A DNA stretch of 60,237 bases, filler included, from Squatina squatina (lineage: Eukaryota), in the NCBI GenBank assembly GCA_031763465.1. It is 3 parts of 3 records of this genome, joined end to end, with 100 filler letters (N's around TTAATTAATTAA, not from the genome) between each part and the next. Parts side by side here need not be neighbours in the genome. Positions count along the whole stretch, not along the records: positions 39,279 to 60,237 come from JARFOE010000001.1; 2 more parts are not named here. One strand, given 5' to 3'. Of the stretch, positions 46,676 to 58,970 are shown one piece after another. The translations under genes and the position numbers were made by a program. A model generated the notes under the pieces. The model was not told the DNA's origin. It was given only the letters and a program-made list of their open reading frames with translations, and searched no databases. Every line of letters begins with the position of its first letter. Within the stretch, counting starts at the first letter, position 1.

Positions 46676-48984
46676 NNNNNNNNNNNNNNNNNNNNNNNNN
46701 NNNNNNNNNNNNNNNNNNNNNNNNNNNNNNNNNNNNNNNNNNNNNNNNNNNNNNNNNNNNNNNNNNNNNNNNNNNAGGAAAACATTGAAAAAATAACCTA
46801 AGGGTTGAAAACAAATTTATTATTGACACAAGTGCCCTTACCTTTAAATACTGGTCCCCAAGCAGCCGGCCTCCCTAACAATGTCTCCGGCAGCTGCCGG
46901 TGTTGACATCTAGTGAAGCTGCAGGGGATGTAACCAAAATTTGGATCTGGGGCGCTACCGGGGCACTGCGCAGCTGGATGACATCATGATCTCCAGGGCA
47001 CAGGAGATCATTGCATGAGGGGTTACCATCGCCGCAAACCTCCATGGCAAGTTCACAGCATTGGTGCTCTCGCCGCGCCCGGTCACAGAGCTGTTATCGC
47101 CCCCCAGAGGCATTAACGGGGGTTGCAAAGGAGGCCAATTTCCAGCCCAAGTTCTTTGTGTATTTAACCTCAAATTATGTTCCAGACATTTTGCTGCAAT
47201 GATTCTGGGAAATTACATATCTTACAATAAAACTATGATGTATCTTTCTCAGCTTAAAACATTTTGCCTTTTTGGTTTAGCACATCACAAATTATTTATT
47301 ATACAATCAACTCTTTTTTTTAAATTGTAAAGTGAAAATGCACAGACATACTAACATACCAAAATGTCGAACAGGTAACTAACTTGTCTCATGCAAACGT
47401 GATGCCTTATGCAAAAAGTTAAGAATTCTGTTAATCAAGTTTTTCTGCAGTTTCAATATTTTCTTTTAACTTTTTTTTAATATATTTTACAATAATTGAT
47501 AAATTCAACTGGTTAAATTTATGACCATAATTCTCCTGGAATGGTGGCTTGCATAATGTAGGACACCGTTCATGTAGTCTGCTGTGTTATAATACAAGAC
47601 AGTGGCTTTTTTGCCCCCAAAATTAATTTTTTCTAACCACTGCATTAGGAAGTACATGCTCTTTAACTGAAAAAGCAGCACCAAAAAAAACCCTCCATCT
47701 TCTCTGCTAGCAAGCCAGCAAAGCGTGTCNNNNNNNNNNNNNNNNNNNNNNNNNNNNNNNNNNNNNNNNNNNNNNNNNNNNNNNNNNNNNNNNNNNNNNN
47801 NNNNNNNNNNNNNNNNNNNNNNNNNNNNNACAAATTATTGCATAAATATTTTAACATTTTAAGATTTAAAAATAAAAAACCTCAAATTAAAAACATCCAA
47901 TATAAAGCTTCATACTAACTTTCCATAAACTTGTGAAAAAACAAGATAGCAACTAAGTTGGAAGAACAATGTTACTCATAATCTGCAATATGGCAGTATT
48001 ACTTCCCCATGATGCAATGTAGATAGATTTCCCCAAGATAATGAAATGCACCTATTTATGACATTATTAAAACGAATATAGGAAACATGTTAATAAGGCA
48101 AGTCTAAACTTGTATATGAAAGGCTTAAATAAATTGAGATTGATAAATACAGCAAGAACTCTGCTCAACAGCAACCGAGCAAACCAAATTTCAAATGAAA
48201 TCTGTGCCTTCTTTATGTATGCCTATTTGACATATCTATCAAAACTTGGTCAATCTTACTGAAGTAACTAATCAAAATATGGTGACAAGCATAGTTGAGT
48301 TTCATAGAACACACCCATTTATAAAGCATTTAGCATACTATCCACATACCAGAATAGTGTGTCTAGGGTGCAATCATGCTGTGTTGGATGGTACCTTTCT
48401 GCAAGCTTCTTGTATTGCTGCCATGAAGAAGGAAGCAATGTAGCTCAGTGGCTGCATTGTTCATGAGCTGATCTGCTTCAAACCAGTTCCAGCCGGTTCC
48501 AGCCACCCCACATACAGCTATGGAAACCTGTACTGCAGCACATACAGCCCAGGGTTTCCCTTTGCTTATGCCACATTATAGCAATGTTTTCACCTAAAAA
48601 ATACATTTTAAACTGTTCTTTCAAAACACCGCGCCTGTAGAATCGTATCTAAATAAAGCCAGACAGTTCCCTACCTTTATTTTTGCCAGCATGTTGCTGT
48701 GATCTCTGGGAAAGTCAATTGTAATAAAGGTTCGTTTGTGGCACTACAGTATGAAATGGCTGCAGTGTCCTAACAGAAATAAAATCACTGAGGAAACTGC
48801 TAAACTAAAATTATCTGCTCAGTTGTTGAGCATTCACCGGCAGTGCAGCCCACAGGGCTATATTTTAACTAAACAAAAAAATTAGAAGGTGCCACAAATT
48901 CTGTTTTTTTTCTTAATTGGATTCTGTTCGACTCCTGATAGGGGACGGGGAAATCCTGCAACTATTGTTTCTTGGCTCGAGGTG

Positions 48985-49171
48985 ATGAGGAGCAGGGAGT
49001 TCTCCCAGTGTCCTGGCCAGCATTCGCCTCGCAACCAAACACAGATTATTGAATGACTCATTCCTTTGGCTGATTGGGGGACTTTCTGTGAGCAAATTGC
49101 ACTGTGTTTTTCTGCATAACAACAGTGACTGCACTGTAAAAGTCTTCTTCTTAGGCAGTCCCTGGAGGTTG
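48985..49171 (+). mobile_element. Deu-domain SINE 3' half
   Basis: gagcagggagttctcccagtgtcctggccagcatt...gcaaattgcactgtg...aacaacagtgactgcact aligns to 25625-25800. Confidence 0.75.
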
Positions 49172-49271
49172 NNNNNNNNNNNNNNNNNNNNNNNNNNNNN
49201 NNNNNNNNNNNNNNNNNNNNNNNNNNNNNNNNNNNNNNNNNNNNNNNNNNNNNNNNNNNNNNNNNNNNNNN

Positions 49272-50275
49272 TCGAGCTCAACTTGAATGGGGACCTAGAC
49301 ACCATGGAGGAATAGTTCTGGAAATGGAGACTCCAGCCAAACCCCCACAAAACAACAGTCACTGCATTACATCTTGATAACAGGAACACTAAGTGCAACC
49401 TGAAATGACCTTCTGCAGCAACACTGTGTGGCATGACCCCACTTTGACCTATCTCGCAGTGGAGCTGGACCACACTCTAACCTTCCATGACAACCTGCAG
49501 AAGGTAGCCACCAAGACGAAGACAATGGTCAACCTAGTCTAGAAATTAGCAAGCACAAGCTGGGAAGTATCAGCATCGGTGCTACGGATATCAGCAATGG
49601 CCCTTGTCTACTCTGTAGCTGAGTCCTGTGCACCGATATGGACCAGAGATAGCCACACTCGACTTGTTGATGTCCAACTGAACACTGCAGTGTGGTGCAT
49701 CACTGGAACGCTCAAGTTGACCCCAACACCCTGGCTACCCGTGCTGTCGCACATCGCTCCTCCGTCCATTTGTCATGATGCTGCAACCCTCTGGGAAATC
49801 TAGCGAACCGTGGAAAACAAACTGCTCCCCACCCACCAGGATCACAACAACTTCCCTCACCACCGCTTGAAGTTTTGCAAGCCCTTTTGGACTGACGCGC
49901 TTAACCTTTGACAATGCGACTTCAACCCTGATGATGCCTGGAAAGCCGAATGGAGTTCACATTGAGTCACAAACAAACACCTCGTGAAAGACCCAACCTG
50001 AAAGATCCCTGGCTTCGATCTTCTGCGAAGCTTATGGGCAACCCTAAACCGCATCTGCACAAACCATGGCAGATGTGGATACTGGATGCACAAATGGAGC
50101 ATTAAAAACTCTCCAGTGTGTGACTGTGGTCACCCAGAACAGACCATGGAACATAGAAAGACTCAATGCCTGATTCACAAATATGCAGGAGGCATCACAG
50201 TGCTACACTACCTCTGACACAGTTATCTGGCTTAACCACCTAAATGTAAAATTATAGTTGTTGCTCTGCATCTAC
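49272..50275 (+). mobile_element. Vingi/Ingi-clade non-LTR retrotransposon, 3' ~1 kb, degraded
   Basis: FWKWRLQPNPHKT...YLAVELDHTLTF...KLASTSWEVSASVLRISAMALVYSVAESCAPIW...ITGTLKLTPTPWLPVLSHIAPP and C-terminal CDCG..EQTMEH...C knuckle; multiple stops and frameshifts. Confidence 0.8.
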
Positions 50276-50419
50276 ATCAGCTATATGAAGTAGTCGTACC
50301 AAAATAATGTGTCAGTGGAACCTATCTCAATTCCTTGAATGCAACTGTGGCAACATCTCAGGAAGCTCCTGGCACTGATGCAGATGCATAGGCCTTTCTG
50401 CTTCTCCAAAAGTAGATAA

Positions 50420-50660
50420 AGGTACTTCACAGCCACCAGCCCGTCATGGGAACATCTCCACCTCCAAGCTTCCCTCTAAGTCACACACCACCCTGACTTG
50501 GACACATATCGCTGTGGCTCTATCATCAGTGGGACAAAACCTGGAATTGCAAATCTAAGATCATTACATGGTCAGAACATGAACTGCAGCGGTTCAAGGA
50601 GATAGCACACCACCACCTTCTCAGGGCAACTAGGGATGGTCGTGCCAAAGAATTAAAAAA
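50420..50660 (+). mobile_element. CR1-group LINE 3' end
   Basis: caagcttccctctaagtcacacaccaccctgacttgg...ctgcagcggttcaaggagatagcacaccaccaccttctcagggcaactagggatgg (…LQRFKEIAHHHLLRATRDG). Confidence 0.7.
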
Positions 50661-50819
50661 AACATTGAGATAGATTAGAAGCCATAGGTTAGAGAAAGAA
50701 TACTGGTCCCACAAGAGCAAAGCAGTGTAAATGTACACACAGCAAATGTATATCGCCTATTCACCTGATGATATGCATTTTGATTATGGTAAACCTTTTG
50801 ACACATTTCTGCATTTATA

Positions 50820-50955
50820 CTTTATTAAAGACAACTTATTTCTGATATCATTCGAGTGAATCTGCTGTGCCTTTTTAATGGCTTTAATATGCTTCATATA
50901 ATGGGGTAACCAGCAATGCAACAATATTCCATCTGTAGCCCAACCAATAGTGACT
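50820..50955 (-). mobile_element. Old CR1 ORF2 fragment
   Basis: Frameshifted LLVGLQMEYC..WLPHYMKHIKAIKKAQ/RFTRMIS resembles CR1 LVRPQLEYC..WSPHY.KDI.ALE.VQRRFTRMIP. Confidence 0.6.
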
Positions 50956-53689
50956 GAAATTCTACTAGGCATGTGTTGGCGGCGTTAATGTATTTATGAC
51001 AGCACATTTTGTGCTTTTGTTACACTGAAGGGATTTCCCTGGGTTTTTGACCGTCTCCTCATTTACATAGTGCTAGTTTGCACCCAACACGATTTGTGTC
51101 TTGCGCTGGAAGAGCAGAGGGAGGGGAAGGAATGGGATTTCCTGGGCAGGAGCATAAATATTCAGGCACAGTTCCTTAACGTGGTACCGTACTTGTTGTT
51201 GGCAGCATTGTTCAAAATTGGCCATTTTCTGCTATGTATTCTGCTGTGATGAGGCAAGAGTCTGTTATTCGGGGACAGGGAGGCCTGTGCTGGATTTTGG
51301 CCACCCGTTTTGCACAATGAACAGAGGGAAATTGGGAATTTGAGGGCTACTGCCACAAAAACGTGCCGGCGGATTTTTCTCTGCTCCAATTAGGGGCCTA
51401 TCTCTTTGGCTGTGGCACTCCCACCCAACCACATGTAAAATGGGGCAGCTAGGCAAGGTTTGTTGTAGAGCCACATTTTCCTGTATTTCGGTTCTGAACT
51501 AGAGACTGCCTGAAGGGAGGAGGTGATAGCTACGCTTGAAGCAGGTTAGAGATGCTGTAACCTCATTTCTGCATCACATTTAAAACTTTTACCATTCCAC
51601 TGTTGTCACAAAATGTATGTCCAGTTTAAGAAATTGAGGCACAATTTAAACATGAAAGCTGTTGTTGAAAAGAAATCCTGCTGATGTATTCCATTGTGAG
51701 GCTNNNNNNNNNNNNNNNNNNNNNNNNNNNNNNNNNNNNNNNNNNNNNNNNNNNNNNNNNNNNNNNNNNNNNNNNNNNNNNNNNNNNNNNNNNNNNNNNN
51801 NNNNNNNNNNNNNNNNNNNNNNNNNNNNNNNNNNNNNNNNNNNNNNNNNNNNNNNNNNNNNNNNNNNNNNNNNNNNNNNNNNNNNNNNNNNNNNNNNNNN
51901 NNNNNNNNNNNNNNNNNNNNNNNNNNNNNNNNNNNNNNNNNNNNNNNNNNNNNNNNNNNNNNNNNNNNNNNNNNNNNNNNNNNNNNNNNNNNNNNNNNNN
52001 NNNNNNNNNNNNNNNNNNNNNNNNNNNNNNNNNNNNNNNNNNNNNNNNNNNNNNNNNNNNNNNNNNNNNNNNNNNNNNNNNNNNNNNNNNNNNNNNNNNN
52101 NNNNNNNNNNNNNNNNNNNNNNNNNNNNNNNNNNNNNNNNNNNNNNNNNNNNNNNNNNNNNNNNNNNNNNNNNNNNNNNNNNNNNNNNNNNNNNNNNNNN
52201 NNNNNNNNNNNNNNNNNNNNNNNNNNNNNNNNNNNNNNNNNNNNNNNNNNNNNNNNNNNNNNNNNNNNNNNNNNNNNNNNNNNNNNNNNNNNNNNNNNNN
52301 NNNNNNNNNNNNNNNNNNNNNNNNNNNNNNNNNNNNNNNNNNNNNNNNNNNNNNNNNNNNNNNNNNNNNNNNNNNNNNNNNNNNNNNNNNNNNNNNNNNN
52401 NNNNNNNNNNNNNNNNNNNNNNNNNNNNNNNNNNNNNNNNNNNNNNNNNNNNNNNNNNNNNNNNNNNNNNNNNNNNNNNNNNATCAGCTCAGGGTTAAAT
52501 AGGACGCCGAGGTTGCAAACAGTCTGGTTCAGCCTCAGACAGTGGCCAGGGTGGAAATGAAGGTATACTGTTTGTGTGACTAGGCCCAGCTCCAGCTGGC
52601 CTGCGCATTTCCCTGAGTGCTAACATTAGCTCCCATGAAAAATGAACAAATTTGAGCACTTACCAAAAGATTAATTAGAGTTTGTTATTTTAAACAATTT
52701 TTGCACTGAACTACTGTGGTTCTCCAAGGGTTAATGCATGAATGCACCTATCGCACTTTTTAGCTGGTACAACACATCTATAATCTCAGAATGGCAACGA
52801 ATTTACCCTTAAACTCCAACAAATACTCATAAATACTAAGCATAATTTCTCCTTACCTTCTCCTTCAAAAGAAAGAAAACATCAAAAAGACAAAGTGCCC
52901 GAGGTCTTTCTAGTTCAGTAAGAAAGTTGACTCCTTTGTTATGTAAGCAGTTGTTCTGGATGGGGGAGGGGCACCCTATCTCAAAGGAAAACTGTTATAT
53001 TTTGGGAAACAATTAAGATATTGGCGTGCAGTACAGGTTTGTAGCATCATACAGTAGTAAACAGCACTCTAATGTCACACGTAGGACTTTTATTTAAAGA
53101 AAGACTGCATTCAGGCAATCCGAGGCCAGCTAAATAGCTTTCAGCCATGATAGCATTCATGCACGTCACAGCCCTGGTTACACTGCTCCGGAGCCCTGTC
53201 TAGCAACCCTCGGGAAGATCTCTGTTGAAAAAGAATCATTTGTTCACAAAAGCATGTTCAACAATAAAAGAACCTGATGAAAATCCCATAAAACGCAGAC
53301 AGCTGCTTCAGTTTCACTTTCCGTTAAGCATTACTATAATTAGCGACAGAGTAAAGAAATAGTAGATGAAGAGCTCTGCAGCAGTTCACACATCTACTGA
53401 TATCAGGCCTCATATTTTTTTTTTAAACAGTCCCAATATGTAAAGTTGCATTTATAATATTTAGGCAAAACTGAATAGCTTAATTTCACTTACATTCTTT
53501 TGTTTAGAAAAAGGCTGATTGAAAGTACAAGTTACACATGGAGTTTTATATGGGAGTAATTTTAACCTAACCTGCCCTCGGGGAAACTGATGGGATCAGA
53601 TCGGTGACTATCTTTTCTAAACTCAATCCGCGGGCACACAGGGTGGGAGCACAGCAAAGTAGCCAGGACGGAAAATGTAAGTTGCACAG

Positions 53690-53927
53690 CGTAACGAGGC
53701 AAATATTTGTTATTTTGATGCAAACTGAATCTGTAAAAAGCAGTGCCAGAACTTTCTGCCTGAATAATGCAGCCGCTGTTCACAGCATCTGCATTGAAAT
53801 AATCAAGTCTAGAGGTAACAAAGACATGGATGAGGGTTTCAGCAGCTGATGAGCTGAGGCAGAGGCGGAGATGGGCGATATTACGGAGGTGGAAGTAGGC
53901 GGTCTTGGTGATATAGAGGATGTGAGG
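53690..53927 (-). mobile_element. L2-clade LINE ORF2 fragment
   Basis: On -: PHILYITKTAYFHLRNIAHLRLCLSSSAAETLIHVFVTSRLDYFNA, the canonical L2 motif FHLRNI...LIHAFVTSRLDYCN; a related fragment lies at ~52484-52560. Confidence 0.85.
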
Positions 53928-56164
53928 ATATCACCGGCTCCTCCCCCTCCTCACAGGCCGACACTCACCCACACCATCCGAGGCCACGGAGCACGCTCTG
54001 CTCCAGCTCCCGGGACATCCACACAGCCGGTCTCCAGCTGCCGATTATTAGTCCCATTACCAGCGGCCCTCATTACTCGGACATTTTTACTCCGGGGCCG
54101 ATTTCTCTTCAAACAAATTTTACAGGACTATCTGGGGATTCAGTGGGGGTTGGGGGTGTGGAGCATGCACACTCCTGCCACAGAGCACGATCTTTGCATA
54201 AATTAAAGTCCCTCCATGAGTCCACCTCTTTGAAAACAGGTAATCGACATCCCTGTTGAACCTGCCCTGCCGCACAGCTCAGCCCACTTTATTGACTGAC
54301 CGCAGGGCAGCTCGGGATCACGTGGCTCCTGATTTGAACCCGTGCATATTTGGGGATGAGTTTCCTGAACTGGGAACTCTTACGGGGGCATTGTTTGCTT
54401 GGGAACACAGTCCCTCATCCAGGGATTGTCCCTGGAAAACGGGGACATATGATCACCCTAGCTTCTGGTTACTCATGCTAATTGAAAAAAAATGTATAAA
54501 GAGATTATAATGGTATTTAATTGACTCAAGCATGGTTTGTTTGATAGGTAGTGCTTTGTGATCAGGTTGCCTTTTTAAAATCCATATGACATCAATAAGC
54601 CCATCTTTAAGGTGTGCCTTTTTTTGTTACACATTTTTCCCATGCTGTACATAGACTTTTGAGATGTAATGCCCTCTGGATAAACACTAAATATAGAATG
54701 TAATTATACAGATAAAAGTGCACAAAATAGAAATTGTTGCTGTTGTATTTGTTAATAATGTTATTTTTCACTACTGATGCTTCTCAGATTGATAGAACAA
54801 CTCAGTGAGGCCAGAATTGGAACCATCAGCTGGCTGGTCTAAAGTTAAGGTTAAGGTGCTAAACATGGGAAATGTGCCACTTCAAGTGCTGACATCTCTC
54901 GTGTTGAACTTAAAAGTTTCTGCAATGTTGCAAGCCAACGAGCTGGAGGAAAGCTTAAATCTCTTTGACATGTCAATCTTGTTTCTACCTGTCCAGCAAG
55001 ATGTAAGGGAAATTTAAGATTAACAATATAATATTGAAGGTGGCTAGCACAAGCAATTGTAAGTTAAATGAAGCATGTTTATGGTGTTGGTTCTAAGTTA
55101 TTTATTTATTTGGTAACAGAATATATACACTTCATCAATTAGTCAGTATTGAAAAGCGCCTTGATCGTGTACATGGAAGTCGATACCTCCTGGAGCTTGA
55201 ACTGTTGGTGAATGAAAAAACAATTGTCCGATTATCGGAGTACATTTATAGCCTCAACAGAAATGGCTACTACTTGGATGGTGATGATGAACGGAAGATG
55301 AGGAACATTTTCAGGCACAGAGGTCGGAAACTTAAGGAAAATCAAGAAAAGATTATGTTGTGTACACCAGTTGGATTCAAATGGCAGCGCAATGCNNNNN
55401 NNNNNNNNNNNNNNNNNNNNNNNNNNNNNNNNNNNNNNNNNNNNNNNNNNNNNNNNNNNNNNNNNNNNNNNNNNNNNNNNNNNNNNNNNNNNNNNAAACA
55501 GTTAAGGTACACATCTTTTTTAAAAACACAGTGAAACAAGCTGCACAAATGACGTGCAAAGGATCCTGGGCAGTCACTGCAGAGTGTGTGCATGTCATCA
55601 TGGCTGACAGCATCACAGGACCCCATTTAGGTATCTGCACAGACTGCCAGAGTGAGAGGAATTAATTCTTGTCATGTGACTTGCACTTGAGCCAATTATC
55701 CTCCTGATTGCAGTCTCTAAGAGTAAAATAATAAATACAGCACTGACTTCCATATGTGCCTGCACTGCGTGCTCCAATCTACTGCCCTGTGAATTATAGA
55801 AGCAGTCTTTTAACTAGAGTTGTTGTAATACACTCTCAGTCTCTCCTGGGACTCCTCCTGTGGTCTCAGTTTAACCCTGTAGGCAGCAGATCATGTCACA
55901 TTCATGTGGATTGACATTCATTCGTTTTGGTTTAAAAATCTAACCTGTTTTATTTCATCTCGCCCTAAAAAAAAACCACGAGTCCACTTATTTAAATAGC
56001 TTTGCAATCTGTTTCTGTCATTTTAGTAGCACATCTCAGTCTTTTTAATAGCATACCAGTCCATCTCCCATGGTGTTGTAAGCAAAGTTGTGATCAAATG
56101 CAGTCTTCTGGTTTCACATGCGAAAACTGAGCTGAAGGAAAATGTAGACGTAGCATTTTTTTAA

Positions 56165-56498
56165 AAAATTGTTCCTGGGATGTGGGCATCACAGGCTAGG
56201 CCAACATTTATTGCCCCTCCCTAGTTGCCCTTGCTAGGCCATTTCAGAGGGCAGATAAGAGTCAACCACATTGCTGTGAGTCTGGAGTCACATATAGGCC
56301 AGAGCAGGTAAGCATGGCAGATTCCCTTCCCTAAAGGACGTTTATGAACCAGATGGGTTTTTATGACAATCTGATAGTTTCACAGTCACCATTACTAACA
56401 TTAGCTTTTTTATTCCAGATTATGTTTTAATTAATTGAATTTAAATTCCACAGCTGCTGTGGTGGAATTTGAACTCCCGTCTCTAGATCAATAGTCCA
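56165..56498 (-). mobile_element. tRNA-derived SINE with a Meta-like central domain and LINE-derived tail
   Basis: On -: B-box ggagttcaaattccacc, core aaaaacccatctggttca...gtcctttagggaagggaatctgcc...gtgactccagac, tail caagggcaactagggaggggcaataaatgttggcc. Confidence 0.75.
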
Positions 56499-57939
56499 AG
56501 GGTGCCCAATTTGGCTATTTTGCATTTGTATAGCTAAGTGCCGAATTTAGCGCTAGAAAGTGGCCTCNNNNNNNNNNNNNNNNNNNNNNNNNNNNNNNNN
56601 NNNNNNNNNNNNNNNNNNNNNNNNNNNNNNNNNNNNNNNNNNNNNNNNNNNNNNNNNNNNNNNNNNNGTCCCTTTTCACATACAGCCAATCTGAGTGGTG
56701 TATGATGAGATTCCCGCAGAGCTTCTAAATGCATTAGTCTGAAAATAGCTTCAGCCATGGAGTTAATCTTGGAATCACTTTTTAAGCCTTTTCCATTTCT
56801 CAGTGCAGTATAGCCTCATTTTTCTTTGATTTTATTTTATTTTTTTAGTTCTTTTGATACTGGTTGGCACTTGTGATAAATCTGTATTATATCACAGCTA
56901 GCCTGGTATTAAATGTGGTTAAAAAGTGTTTACCATATAAATCTTTATAGAATGAAAACATTTCTATTTTGTAAAATGTGACACTTTCTTTCCTTCATAT
57001 TGTAGCATTTATTAAAAGTAGTTCACGTCTGTTGTAATGTGCAGCTATTGTGGTATGTGTTCAACTCTATCATAAACTAAACATTTAAAAAGATATATTT
57101 AAGGTAAACACAAATGAAAGAGGCTAGTAATAAAACTAACCTAGATGTTCTTTGCAGTGCTAGCTCACCAAAGGAATGGTGAAATAACTGCAATATTATC
57201 TCTTCAAGCTGAGGAAATTGGATTGACCTTTCTAAACAGTCACTTACCGTATGTAGACTTCCTTCTAAATATTAGAAAATGCCGAATGAAAGCAGACAAA
57301 TGGACTGTGACTCAGTCACTGACAAATACTCGAACCTGCATCTGCATTTATATCAATACAGTAGATTGTCACTTCATCTTAGTCTGCGAATTAACTCTGT
57401 AATTGGATGGTGCCACTTGATAAAAAATAATATGTCGCCATGCAAGAACCGTTCAGTGAATCATTGTGTGCGAAGAAAATTGTAGAACCAAAGTTTATTT
57501 TTCTAAACAAACTAACATAACATCGAAACCATTTCGCACTGGGTAAAAATCATTTGTTCTTAAAGCTGTAGCATCACAAGAATGCTGCATTTTAAAGAAG
57601 GGGTCTGTGCTGGATGAAATGGCTACGCAACCTGACCACAGTAGATAATTGTTTGGGCCTTCGCTTGGATTTGTTTACATAGTATGTATGTGCACACATT
57701 CAAATTCAAATCAGTTGAAATCAGGCAATTAATGCTGACATTGTGATTTTATCAGTTCTGATATGTGGATAGGTGTAAAATGTACAGGCTGGGTATTTTC
57801 AACACCATGGCTTTCCCCTTCCCCAGCAAAAATCACTTATCTCCATTTCAAAGAAAAGTTTATTATTGGAGTCTTAATGAGGATAGGACTGCTACCGTTT
57901 TGGGGGTGATGGACTTGTTGTAAGCTACTTTCAATCTTC

Positions 57940-58103
57940 ATCTCAGCTCCCATTGCGCTCTATGCTCACACTCCACTGCCCTCCTGACTCCCCAAACCTC
58001 TTCCTCCATATAACCTCTAATTTCAATCCCATCTCCCATCATGCTCTCTTTGAGCTCATTTCATCCATGAGACCCACCTCCTGCTCTCTTGAGCCCATTC
58101 CCA
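57940..58103 (+). mobile_element. L2-clade LINE ORF2 fragment
   Basis: FNPISHHALFELISSMRPTSCSLEPIP matches the L2 motif F.PIS...L..LI....PTTC.LDPIP. Confidence 0.7.
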
Positions 58104-58104
58104 A

Positions 58105-58580
58105 TAGCACTCATCCAGGCAAGTGGAGAGTGTTTTATCACACTCCTGACTTGTACCTTGTAGATGGTCAAAAGGCTTTGGGGAGTCACCACAGGATACC
58201 CAGCCTCTGACCTGCTCTTGTAGCCACAGTATTTATGTGGCTGGTCCAGGAAAGTTTCTGGTCAATGATGACCCCCCGGATGTTGATGGTGGGGAACTTG
58301 AAGATGGTTATGCNNNNNNNNNNTTATCAGCCCATGTCATCCATGTCTTGTTGCCTGCTGCCATGGAGGGCTTCTTTATCTGAGGGGTTGTGAGTGGAAC
58401 TGAACACTGTTCATCAACAGCAAATATCCTCACTTCTGACCTTATGATGGAGGGAAGGTCATTGATGAAGGAGCTGAAGATGGCTGGGCCTAGGACACTG
58501 TCCTGAGGAACTCCTGCAGCGATGTCCTGGGGCTGTGATGATTGGCTTCCAACAACTACACCTTCCTTGTGCTAGGTATG
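58105..58580 (-). mobile_element. CR1-group LINE reverse transcriptase fragment
   Basis: On -: SQPQDIAAGVPQDSVLGPAIFSSFINDLPSIIRSEVRIFAVD (GVPQGSVLGP and degenerate FADD motifs), then INI.GVIIDQKLSWTSHIN. Confidence 0.88.
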
Positions 58581-58970
58581 NNNNNNNNNNNNNNNNNNNN
58601 NNNNNNNNNNNNNNNNNNNNNNNNNNNNNNNNNNNNNNNNNNNNNNNNNNNNNNNNNNNNNNNNNNNNNNNNNNNNNNNNCCACCATTAGGGAGACTGTC
58701 CGGGGAGGGATGAAAAATGGCTGATGATCTCTGAAGCTGCCCTTTAAAAAGAATTGTTCACCAAAACCCACTTAACCTATGCAGTTGATCGGCCTATGTT
58801 CAATTGCATAGACTAAGGCAGTTCTTTAACTTTTAAAAACTCTCCGCTATATCCCTAGCAACCCCAGATGCTTGGCATTCCAAGCACCCAGCGTTACTAG
58901 TGTGCAAATGATGAGCAATACGTTGGATGATGTATGCCCATCATTGGCATGCCATTAGGATAGATGTAGT

